DNA from: an uncultured Planctomycetaceae bacterium
GTDB lineage: Bacteria; Planctomycetota; Phycisphaerae; SM23-33
NCBI GenBank assembly: GCA_964472875.1
Contig: CAYYMD010000005.1
Coordinates: 7,670-71,669, forward strand
Direction: 5' to 3'
Length of the DNA: 64,000 nt
Position 1 is the stretch's first letter; each line of letters begins with the position of its first letter. Position numbers and translations under genes: made by a program. Below, piece by piece: positions 56,368 through 64,000 of this stretch. A model generated the notes under the pieces. It was not told where the DNA came from. It saw only the letters and a program-made list of their open reading frames with translations, and searched no databases.

Positions 56368-58185
56368 CTATTTAACACGTTTGAAGCGGACGGCCCGCAG
56401 GTTCATCACCGCCATTGCGGGTTTTTTAATCGGTTTGACGGCCAGGTTTATTTTGCCCGACTTGTCGATTTTAACCGTTCCGAGTTTCTCTGTGACGTAA
56501 CTGTCCCATCCGCCGGTTGGCTCTATCTTACCTTTAAGCGTCTGATTACCGACGGCCACCTTGTAAGTTGAGCCGCCGCTGCCGTTATCGCATGCGTAAA
56601 CAATTTCCACATCGAACCGGCCGGGTTTATCGATTTTGAAAGTCCATTCGACCCAGTCCTTGGCGTCGCTCCAGTATCCGATATTGTCGCCGGCCGCCCT
56701 CTGCTCAAGTCTTGCCGAGGAGCCGTGGATTTCGGCATCGGAGGCATTTAGAGATACCACGCCGTTTTCTTCTTGCACCAACATTTTGGAAACGGACAGT
56801 TCGCCCTTGTATTTCACCGCCACCACTGTGTCTATGGCGTCGGGGAGTTCTTCCGGCAAGGATATTGTCACGCCGTGGTCGGAAGAATTGACCTTAAGCG
56901 CTGACCTGCTCTTATCGGCCAGCAGGTAGGCCTTTTTGACCTTATTGTCAAGCCCGCGAAGGTCCAGCACGCCGTCTTTCGGCGCGTCAAATACGTGCAG
57001 ATACATGGTGCCGTCACCGACAGTTATTCTGCCCCACGACGGATGATGCCGCCAGGGCCCATCGCCGCAGCCGTAAATGGATTCGCCGTTGACCTTCATC
57101 CAGTCGCCGATTTCCTTGAGGCGTGTTATAGACGCCTGTGGAATCGTGCCGTCGGCCTTGGGCCCGACGTTCAACAGGTAATTACCGCTCTTGCTGACGA
57201 TGTCCACCAGGTTTCGGATTAGCGTCTTGGTGGATTTCCAGTTGTCGTCGTAACTCTTGTATCCCCACGTGTTGTTCATGGTCATGCAGGTTTCCCAGTA
57301 GTTTTCACTTTTTTGGCCGGGTATGTGCTGCTCCGGCGTGCCGTAGTCGCCGCCGAAGCCCCCGCCCAGACGGTTGTTGGTTATGATGTGCGGCTGGAGT
57401 TTCACCAGCTTATAGAGTTTTCTGGCGCGTTCGGCGTTCATGCCCACCGGCGTGTCCCACCACAATATTCCAAGCGGGCCGTAATTGGTGAGTATCTCGC
57501 GGACCTGTGGAACGGCGATTTCCTCTATGTATTTGTCCATGTCGCCGTCCTGTTTTTTGTCCCAGTGGCCCCTCATCGCGGCGGCGCCGCCGGGATGGGT
57601 CCAGTCCTGCGCCTGAGAATAATAGAAGCCAAGCTTGATGCCGTGCTTTCGGCAGGCCTCGGCCAGCGGCTCAAGAAGGTCCTTGCCGTAGGGTGTGGCG
57701 TCAACGATATCCCACTTGGTTACTTTCGAATCGAAAAGGGCGAAGCCGTCGTGGTGTTTCGAGGTTATGATTATGTACTTCATCCCCGCATCTTTGGCCA
57801 TGCGAACCCATTCGTCCGGGTCGTATTTGACAGGATTGAACTGCTTTGCGTACTGGCGGTATTCGTCCACGGGGATTTTGCCCCTCAGCATAATCCATTC
57901 ACCTATACCGCCGATACGCCTGCCCTTGTACGTTCCGGCCGGCACGGCGTAAACGCCCCAGTGGATGAACATGCCGAAGCGGTCTTCCCGCCACCACTGG
58001 CAGCGCTGCCGGCGCGTCTCCTGTCGCCATTGCCTGAACTGGGCCAAACCGGCATCCTCCGGCGGTTCGCCGTCATAATAAACATCGCTGACTTTGTTTG
58101 CGCCGCCCGCACCGCTGCATCCCGAGACGATTAAGAATACACAAACCGCCGTCGCCGCCACCATCAATCCTGCAATGCTTTTCAT
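56368..58185 (-). CDS. GH29 alpha-L-fucosidase lipoprotein with C-terminal beta-sandwich domain(s)
   Basis: Lipoprotein signal (LIVSGCSG). The GH29 catalytic region shows FGMFIHWGVYAVPAG ... GEWIM ... KYIIITSKHHDGFALFDS. The C-terminal ~200 aa are beta-rich, consistent with a carbohydrate-binding module. Confidence 0.8.
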   Translation of the reverse strand: MKSIAGLMVAATAVCVFLIVSGCSGAGGANKVSDVYYDGEPPEDAGLAQFRQWRQETRRQRCQWWREDRFGMFIHWGVYAVPAGTYKGRRIGGIGEWIMLRGKIPVDEYRQYAKQFNPVKYDPDEWVRMAKDAGMKYIIITSKHHDGFALFDSKVTKWDIVDATPYGKDLLEPLAEACRKHGIKLGFYYSQAQDWTHPGGAAAMRGHWDKKQDGDMDKYIEEIAVPQVREILTNYGPLGILWWDTPVGMNAERARKLYKLVKLQPHIITNNRLGGGFGGDYGTPEQHIPGQKSENYWETCMTMNNTWGYKSYDDNWKSTKTLIRNLVDIVSKSGNYLLNVGPKADGTIPQASITRLKEIGDWMKVNGESIYGCGDGPWRHHPSWGRITVGDGTMYLHVFDAPKDGVLDLRGLDNKVKKAYLLADKSRSALKVNSSDHGVTISLPEELPDAIDTVVAVKYKGELSVSKMLVQEENGVVSLNASDAEIHGSSARLEQRAAGDNIGYWSDAKDWVEWTFKIDKPGRFDVEIVYACDNGSGGSTYKVAVGNQTLKGKIEPTGGWDSYVTEKLGTVKIDKSGKINLAVKPIKKPAMAVMNLRAVRFKRVK

Positions 58186-58373
58186 TTGTTCGCTCCTTGA
58201 AATATCATACCAACTGAAATTTCCGAACTACCCGCATAATTAATTGTTGTCTTTGTTGCCATCCATAAGCAACCTGTAATTGATGTATTTCGTGCTGATA
58301 ATATTTAGCGCAGAATTATCGCAAAATCGTCTTAGTGTTGTCAAATCCTACTTGTTCGGATAAGAATGTCTTT

Positions 58374-59702
58374 ATGTCCCTTCCGATGGTAGCAATCGTG
58401 GGCCGGCCTAACGTCGGCAAGAGCAGTCTGCTGAACTGCCTGATGGGCAGGCGCATCGCGATAGTCGACGCCACGCCCGGCGTTACGCGCGACCGCGTCT
58501 CCGGCCCGTGCGCGCTGGACGAAGACCGCTGGGTGGAACTGGTCGACACCGGCGGGATGGGAATCGATGACGTGGACAACCTCACAGACCACGTCGAGGG
58601 CCAGATTAACTACGCCGTCTCGGCCGCGGCGGTGATTCTGTTCGTCGTCGACGCTCGCGAAGGGCTGACGCCGCTGGACCGCAAGGTCGCCGAAATGCTC
58701 CGCCGGCAGGACAAGCCGGTGGTGCTGCTGGCCAACAAGGCCGACAAGCCCGGCCTGGCCCTGGAACTCGGCGAACTGCACAAACTCGGATTCGGCGAGC
58801 CGCTGGCGGTCTCGGCCATGCATCGCCTCGGGCGGGATGAGATACTCGAGGCAGTCGCAGAAAGACTACCTACGGACGCCGCCGCCCGACCGCCGGAGGC
58901 GGTCATGAAACTTGCCGTCATCGGCAAGCGCAACGCCGGCAAGAGCACGTTCATAAACACGCTGGCCGGCAGCGAGCGGGTCATCGTCTCCGAGACTCCC
59001 GGCACCACGCGCGACAGCGTGGACGTCAGCGTCGATATGGACGGGAGAACGTTCGTGCTAATCGACACCGCAGGCGTCCGCAAGAAGCGCAAAATTGCCG
59101 ACTCGGTCGAGTATTACAGCATCGCCCGCACCAACCGCTCCATCCGCCGCGCTGACGTGGCCGCGCTGCTCATCGACGCCTCCGTGCCCGTCTCGCGCGT
59201 GGACAAGCACCTGGCCGGACTCATCGCCGAGCAGCACAAGCCGGTCGTGCTGGTGGTCAACAAGTGGGACATCGCCGCCGAAAAGACCGAACCCGACCAG
59301 TACTCCGATTACCTCCGCAAGACCTTCCCGCAGTTCGACTACGCTCCGGTGAGTCTCACGGCCGCGATTGACGGCACGAACGTGCCCCAGACGGTCGAAC
59401 TGGCCGAGCAGTTATACGAGCAGGCGAACTCCCGCGTGCCGACCGCCCCGCTGAACGAGGCCGTCGAAGATATTATGGCCTCGCACCGCCCGCCGCGCGG
59501 CAGGAGCGGCCGGCCCGCCAAGATTTTCTACGCCTCGCAGGTGGCCACCGCGCCGCCGACAATAGTATGCTTCGTAAATGACCTGGACTGCTTCACACAG
59601 TCCTACCGGCGGTTCCTGCTGAACCGCCTGCGCGAATACGTGCCGTTTGCCGAAGTGCCTATCCGGCTGCTGTTCCGCCCGCGAAGCGGTAGAAATAAAT
59701 AA
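58374..59702 (+). CDS. der: GTPase Der (EngA), tandem GTP-binding domains plus KH-like domain
   Basis: Two P-loops (GRPNVGKSSL; GKRNAGKSTF) with DTGG/DTAG and NKAD/NKWD motifs. The start is placed at the internal Met MSLPMVAIVG. Confidence 0.85.
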   Translation: MSLPMVAIVGRPNVGKSSLLNCLMGRRIAIVDATPGVTRDRVSGPCALDEDRWVELVDTGGMGIDDVDNLTDHVEGQINYAVSAAAVILFVVDAREGLTPLDRKVAEMLRRQDKPVVLLANKADKPGLALELGELHKLGFGEPLAVSAMHRLGRDEILEAVAERLPTDAAARPPEAVMKLAVIGKRNAGKSTFINTLAGSERVIVSETPGTTRDSVDVSVDMDGRTFVLIDTAGVRKKRKIADSVEYYSIARTNRSIRRADVAALLIDASVPVSRVDKHLAGLIAEQHKPVVLVVNKWDIAAEKTEPDQYSDYLRKTFPQFDYAPVSLTAAIDGTNVPQTVELAEQLYEQANSRVPTAPLNEAVEDIMASHRPPRGRSGRPAKIFYASQVATAPPTIVCFVNDLDCFTQSYRRFLLNRLREYVPFAEVPIRLLFRPRSGRNK

Positions 59703-59773
59703 TTTCCGCCAACTTGTCTGCTGCAGGTGGATTCGTGTAACTTGTTCGCTGAAGGCGGAGTCGTGGACTGAAA

Positions 59774-60823
59774 ATGGACCCGGCGAGAATGCACAGGATA
59801 ATGAGCGGCCGTGCGCTCGACCCAGGCGCACACCTGCTGCGTGCGCTTATGTGGACGGCGTGCGGGACATACGCCGCGGCCGTGCGGCTGCGGCGGTGGT
59901 TATACCGCACGAACCCGCTTCTGTCGCGCTCGGCGCCGGTGCCGGTGATATCGGTGGGCAACATAACCACAGGCGGCACGGGCAAGACGCCAATGACCGC
60001 GTGGGTGGTGCAGCGGCTCACCGAATCCGGCAAAAGTCCGGCCATCCTGACCCGCGGTTACAAGTCATCCAAAGGCGCCTCCGACGAGCCGCAACTGCTT
60101 CGCCAGTCAACGGGCGCGGCCGTGGTGGTCAACCCCAACCGCGTGGCCGGGGCCAAACAGGCGGCCGCCGACGGCGCCGACGTGTGCGTGATGGATGATG
60201 GCTTCCAGCACCGTCGCCTGCGGCGCGACCTGGACATCGTGCTGGTGGATGCGACAAACCCGTTCGGCTACGGGTACTGCCTGCCGCGGGGACTGCTGCG
60301 CGAGCCGCTAAACGCGCTGACCGACGCGCACGCTATTGTCATCACGCGAAGCGACATGATTCTCGAAAACCAAATGGAGGACCTGGCCTCCCGCCTGGGC
60401 GAACTGGCCCCGCAGGCCAGCGTGCACCGGGCGGTCCACAGGCCCACCGGCGTGATAGACGAGGCCGGACTGGACGTGCCGGCCCAGACCGCCTCGCGCA
60501 AGCGGGCGTATGCCTTCTGCGGACTGGGCAATCCGGAGAGTTTCCTCGAGACGCTCGCCCACCAGGGCATCCGAGTGGTAGGCAGCAAAATGCTGGCCGA
60601 CCACGTCGGCTACGACAGCCGCAGGATAGAAGCCATCGAGGCCGACGCGCACAGGCAAGAGGCCGAGGTGCTCATAACCACGCAGAAGGATTACGTCAAA
60701 CTCCCGGCCGGGGCGTTCGATATTCCCGTATGGCAATTGGGCGTGGAGATACAGATAACGGCCGGACGCGACGAACTCGTGGAGAAAATTAATCGCGCCG
60801 CACGAAAAGCCACCACGGATTAA
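59774..60823 (+). CDS. lpxK: Tetraacyldisaccharide 4'-kinase
   Basis: P-loop VISVGNITTGGTGKTP with overall LpxK length and pattern. This implies a lipid A-containing outer membrane. Confidence 0.8.
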   Translation: MDPARMHRIMSGRALDPGAHLLRALMWTACGTYAAAVRLRRWLYRTNPLLSRSAPVPVISVGNITTGGTGKTPMTAWVVQRLTESGKSPAILTRGYKSSKGASDEPQLLRQSTGAAVVVNPNRVAGAKQAAADGADVCVMDDGFQHRRLRRDLDIVLVDATNPFGYGYCLPRGLLREPLNALTDAHAIVITRSDMILENQMEDLASRLGELAPQASVHRAVHRPTGVIDEAGLDVPAQTASRKRAYAFCGLGNPESFLETLAHQGIRVVGSKMLADHVGYDSRRIEAIEADAHRQEAEVLITTQKDYVKLPAGAFDIPVWQLGVEIQITAGRDELVEKINRAARKATTD

Positions 60824-60827
60824 CGGG

Positions 60828-62039
60828 ATGAATATGAAATTGCAACTGACTGTGTTATTTGTGGCCGCGATGGCGGCCACAGCGGCCCTGCACGCGACGG
60901 AGGATGAGGTGGAAATCCCAACCGAGTCGAAGTGGCAGTTCCCGCGCATCGCGATGTTGTGGTCGGCGGCAGACAATCCCGACACCGGCAAACGACACCG
61001 CCCGAACCAGAAAGGATTCTGGAAAAATGTCGCGAGGCACGATGTGGTGCTTCTGGGCGCGGGCACGCTCGGGCTGGAGTGGACACACGCCAAGTACCAC
61101 GCCATGGTCGAATCTTTCCAAAAGGATTCCATCCCCGCCGCCAGAAGAAATCTCGCCCGCATAAAGGAATTGAATCCGCAGGCCGTCGTCCTGGTGGAGG
61201 TGTACTTCTTCGAAGATGCAAAGGACGCCTACCCTCCCGGGCACCAGTGGTGGCTGCGGGATGAGAAGGGACAAAAGAAGACGTTCTGGCCGGGCACGTG
61301 GCAGTGCGACATCAGCAACGAGGAATATATCTCACACGTGGCGCGGCGGATCGCCGCAGTTCACCGGGCCACCGGCGAGAAGGCCGGCATATTCCTGGAC
61401 AACATCCGCCTCGACAAAAATTCCAGGGCGGCCTGGGAAAAACTGCTCAAGAAAGTGCGAATCGCCTGCGGGGCCGAGATGCCCATACTGGTCAACGCCG
61501 GCTGGAACAGCCACGGCCTGCTGTGGCTGGGAAGGTACGTAAACGGCATCATGTACGAAGATGCAATCAACCACCTTCCCAAAAACGATCCGTCGAAGGA
61601 ATCGTACTACGGCCGTATCGCCGCCCTCGACGCCACGCTCCGCCCGCCGCGCATCAGCGTCAACGAGATATTCGGGTCGCGAGACGATGCGGCCGCGATG
61701 CGGCGGGAACTTATCCGCACGCTTGTCTATACGAATATGTCGTATCTGTATTCCGACTCAACGCAAGGTCACGAGCATCCCTGGTACGACATATGGAGCG
61801 CCCCCTTGGGCGAGGCCGTGGATACGCCGCAGAAGCCCGCACACGGCCGGCTCGCCCGGCGCGACTTCGCCGGCGGGACGGTCCTGTGGCTGCCAAAAAA
61901 CGCCGAGAACCCCGCCACAATCGAGTTCGACTCGCCAATGCTACCTTACGGCAGCGAGAATGAAGTCACAAAAATCACGCTCAAACCAAACCACGGCGAA
62001 ATCCTCCTGAAACCCGAACCAGCCACGAAGCAGAAGTAA
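60828..62039 (+). CDS. Secreted hypothetical protein (possible TIM-barrel glycoside-hydrolase-like fold)
   Basis: 403 aa with a signal peptide (MNMKLQLTVLFVAAMAATAALHA). No confident family was found. It starts 4 nt after lpxK. It has good GC3 coding character. Confidence 0.35.
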   Translation: MNMKLQLTVLFVAAMAATAALHATEDEVEIPTESKWQFPRIAMLWSAADNPDTGKRHRPNQKGFWKNVARHDVVLLGAGTLGLEWTHAKYHAMVESFQKDSIPAARRNLARIKELNPQAVVLVEVYFFEDAKDAYPPGHQWWLRDEKGQKKTFWPGTWQCDISNEEYISHVARRIAAVHRATGEKAGIFLDNIRLDKNSRAAWEKLLKKVRIACGAEMPILVNAGWNSHGLLWLGRYVNGIMYEDAINHLPKNDPSKESYYGRIAALDATLRPPRISVNEIFGSRDDAAAMRRELIRTLVYTNMSYLYSDSTQGHEHPWYDIWSAPLGEAVDTPQKPAHGRLARRDFAGGTVLWLPKNAENPATIEFDSPMLPYGSENEVTKITLKPNHGEILLKPEPATKQK

Positions 62040-62047
62040 CCCACGCA

Positions 62048-62254
62048 ATGCCGGCCGAAAAATGCAAATGGTACGAGTGCTGTCCGATAAAGCGTTTCAC
62101 CGACGCCGGGCTGCTGGATGAGAAATGGACGCGGCGGTACTGCCTCGGCGGGCTGTGGAACGAATGCGTTCGCTACAAAATGGAGGAATCACACCGGCCG
62201 CACCCGGACAATATGCTCCCCGACGGTTCGATAGACCGGAACCTGCCGGCTTAA
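62048..62254 (+). CDS. Small Cys-rich hypothetical protein
   Basis: 68 aa with five Cys (KCKWYECCP ... RYCLGGLWNEC). High GC3 typical of host coding. It starts 9 nt after the preceding stop. Confidence 0.3.
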   Translation: MPAEKCKWYECCPIKRFTDAGLLDEKWTRRYCLGGLWNECVRYKMEESHRPHPDNMLPDGSIDRNLPA

Positions 62255-62490
62255 CACCTTAAGAATAATCTGTCATCCGCAGTGACTACATAGTCGCCTT
62301 CGCTTACGGGTTAGGGAACTGGTTGCCCCTCGACCCACAGGCCTTCAATGTGCAGGTCAATGGCTTCATTGATGAATTGCTTCAAAGCTTCGACGCTATT
62401 ACCTCAGTACGCGCAGCCGGGTAGGACGGCAACGTAAGCACAGTAACTGCCATCGGCGCCCCTTCCGATTAATACCAGGTATTTCACCAT
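62240..62490 (-). pseudogene. HicB-family (UPF0150) antitoxin remnant interrupted by in-frame stops
   Basis: Manual minus-strand translation gives MVKYLVLIGRGADGSYCAYVAVLPGCAY*GNSVEALKQFINEAIDLHIEGLWVEGQPVP*PVSEGDYVVTADDRLFL. This matches the HicB N-terminal pattern (Y-x-v-x-i ... dGgYvAyvPdLPGC ... EEAL ... EAi ... hlE ... G-x-P-x-P). In-frame TGA (62404-62406) and TAA codons interrupt it. Confidence 0.45.
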
Positions 62491-62946
62491 AATCGACCTC
62501 GCCAACGTTTCAGTCTACGCCTGTTTAATGTTCCTTTTGTTTGGCACGTCTATGGTCGGTTTAAGTGGTAGCTCCTAGTAAAGTGCTACGGGTTAAAACC
62601 CGGTACCTGTTTAGCGTGTTAAAATATTTTATTACCGTCCCAAAGGTGTAGGAACGATCTGTATCTTCCGAAGTAACCACATGACGTTGCCTTCCAGCCG
62701 CAGCTTCTTCTTCCAGTAATCATCCCAGGCCTTCTTATTAGTGAATCGCTTGAGGACAATACGAGTCATCTTTGCGGCTCCGGCTCCACACCGGCCGCGG
62801 GCGATGCGCTTGTTGAACGCTTTCTATAGTGAATGTTATAGCATCGGCTGCAGTGCCGCAGGCGTATTTTTGGAAAACATGGCTACAGGGCTGATATCTA
62901 CCAGGATGCTTGCGTATATACGGCCGTCCGTTGAGCAGGTTTTCAC

Positions 62947-63055
62947 CGCTTGACGGCCGTGGGGGATTTGCGGAAAATGGCATTCATGCAGGGGTCGCCA
63001 ACATTTGACGACTGGGCGTTGGGGCGGCGGCACGGCCGTATCCCCGGCCGTCGTG
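62947..63055 (+). repeat. Direct repeat copy 1 (~110 bp), containing the start of the 62950-63351 ORF
   Basis: The segment CGCTTGACGGCCGTGGGGGATTTGCGGAAAATGGCATTCATGCAGGGGTCGCCAACATTTGACGACTGGGCGTTGGGGCGGCGGCACGGCCGTATCC is about 85% identical to 63906-64000. Confidence 0.7.
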
Positions 63056-63351
63056 TCCATGTGAACGTCAATCCCGGCGGTACTTCGCATGCGCTCAGCG
63101 TAATCGCGCTGATTGACGATTCTGGTAACGTGGCCGAGCGGATGATCCGTCCTGCGGTGATACTGCGTAAGGTCAGCCAGTCGAACCGGAGCGAGAAAGG
63201 CCCTGCAGTTCAGGCGGTGTTGATGGGCGTGTATCGTACGTTGAATCTCCGCGGCCATGCACCTCTGGCTACGATCACCTCAACCCTGCGAACTTACATG
63301 AGCACCGGCGAACTACCTCCGCTGCCGATAAAATCTGTTGCAGATGGGTAA
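62950..63351 (+). CDS. Hypothetical protein (133 aa), first copy of a tandemly duplicated gene start
   Basis: The ORF begins inside the repeated segment (MAFMQGSPTFDDWALGRRHGRIP...). GC3 is only moderate. No family was recognised. The start is ambiguous among TTG 62950, ATG 62977 and ATG 62986. Confidence 0.3.
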   Translation: MTAVGDLRKMAFMQGSPTFDDWALGRRHGRIPGRRVHVNVNPGGTSHALSVIALIDDSGNVAERMIRPAVILRKVSQSNRSEKGPAVQAVLMGVYRTLNLRGHAPLATITSTLRTYMSTGELPPLPIKSVADG

Positions 63352-63407
63352 AGTGTTACAAGAAAATATAGAATAAAACTTAAAACAATGACAGGTTAAT
63401 ATATTAT

Positions 63408-63776
63408 ATGCGAAATATTTATAAATTACGATTATTATGCGATATATTTATAGCCCTATTTTGGTTGTCGTTTTTTATATTTACATTAATAGGTAATATA
63501 ATATTAATTATAGACTTAAATGCGGGTAGGATATTCTTTAATTATTGTATGCATGCGTTATCTGATGATTTGTATATGGCTATATTTTATTATATATATT
63601 TGTTTATTTATGCTATATGGCTATATTCTGGTGGTCTAAATTCAAACCTCTGGAAGTGGTGCCCGCCCTTTGTTATTATTAACAGCGCTTTACCATTTAA
63701 AATATGTCGAATATTATTTGTGTTATTCATAAGTATGTGGTTTCCCATCTTTGCTACGATTGAATTGATAAAATAG
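63408..63776 (+). CDS. AT-rich small polytopic membrane protein (122 aa), likely horizontally acquired
   Basis: About 25% GC. It has 3-4 hydrophobic helices rich in Ile/Phe/Leu/Tyr (FIALFWLSFFIFTLIGNIILII; YMAIFYYIYLFIYAIWLY; ILFVLFISMWFPIFATI). It lies between the two repeat copies. Confidence 0.4.
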   Translation: MRNIYKLRLLCDIFIALFWLSFFIFTLIGNIILIIDLNAGRIFFNYCMHALSDDLYMAIFYYIYLFIYAIWLYSGGLNSNLWKWCPPFVIINSALPFKICRILFVLFISMWFPIFATIELIK

Positions 63777-63905
63777 GATAGTGTCCTATGATATTTAGAA
63801 GCGCCAGCAACAGGCAAGAAGCAGCGGGTGAAAGTTCCGCCCGGTGAAGGCAGTAGCGACCCACACCGAACATGATTTATTGAATTGCCTTGCTTTAGTA
63901 AACCG

Positions 63906-64000
63906 CTTGACTGCCACGGAGGATTAACGGAAAATAACGCTTATGCAGGGGTTGCGAACATTTGACGACTGGGCGTTGGGGCGGTGGCACGGTCGTATCC
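63906..64000 (+). repeat. Direct repeat copy 2, truncated by the window end
   Basis: About 85% identical to 62947-63055. It contains a second ATG at 63943 encoding MQGLRTFDDWALGRWHGRI..., a paralog of the first copy that runs off the window. Confidence 0.7.

Noticed and set aside
60308-61274. Minus-strand ORFs of 284, 133 and 139 aa
   Set aside because: They are antisense to lpxK and the following secreted-protein gene.
63781-63900. Segment GCGCCAGCAACAGGCAAGAAGCAGCGGGTGAAAGTTCCGCCCGGTGAAGGCAGTAGCGACC upstream of the second repeat copy, considered as a riboswitch or SRP-like RNA because of the GGTGAAAG and AAGCAGC motifs
   Set aside because: The resemblance to cobalamin-riboswitch or 4.5S RNA cores is only partial. 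No complete conserved core could be assembled by eye. A covariance-model search would be needed.

Overview
This is a high-GC (about 60-65%) bacterial chromosomal segment with several sharply AT-rich patches. The gene content points to a PVC-superphylum organism (Planctomycetota, Kiritimatiellota or Lentisphaerota-like). The markers are a DUF1559 prepilin-like protein with an exact H-X9-DG motif, a PEP-CTERM protein, a twin-arginine Cys-type sulfatase, and GH29, GH95 and GH38 glycosidases.

Minus strand, window start to 8.1 kb: a TonB2-type energizer module (DUF3450-like coiled-coil protein, TtpC-like large MotA/ExbB protein, ExbB, ExbD, TonB truncated by the window edge), a TonB-dependent receptor, an anti-sigma factor with a PQQ beta-propeller, and an ECF sigma factor.

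From 8.1 to 23 kb: a SAM methyltransferase, the DUF1559 protein, a HEAT-repeat protein, a tight operon of a URO-D-like protein, a sodium:solute symporter and a GH38 alpha-mannosidase, a 1.25-kb repeat-rich non-coding region, a GH95 glycosidase and a porin-like outer-membrane protein.

From 23 to 33 kb: housekeeping genes miaB, phhB, rsgA, tRNA-Phe, ctpA, tsaD, dnaX-ybaB-recR, tRNA-Leu and mscS.

From 33.8 to 39.6 kb: a divergent GH95-like protein, then, on the minus strand, the most unusual locus in the window. It is a three-gene operon encoding a zinc-ribbon-MotA/ExbB-like channel protein and two paralogous ExbD/TolR-like proteins with long coiled-coil spacers.

From 40 to 62 kb: a sulfatase, a CCA/poly(A) polymerase, hemL, a PEP-CTERM protein, hypE-hypD-hypC-hypF, tmk, a low-GC NYN-domain insertion, holB, rex, HU, rmuC, a GH29 fucosidase, der and lpxK.

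From 62.2 kb to the window end: a decayed accessory region with a HicB antitoxin pseudogene, tandemly repeated ~110-bp gene-start segments, and an AT-rich small membrane ORF.
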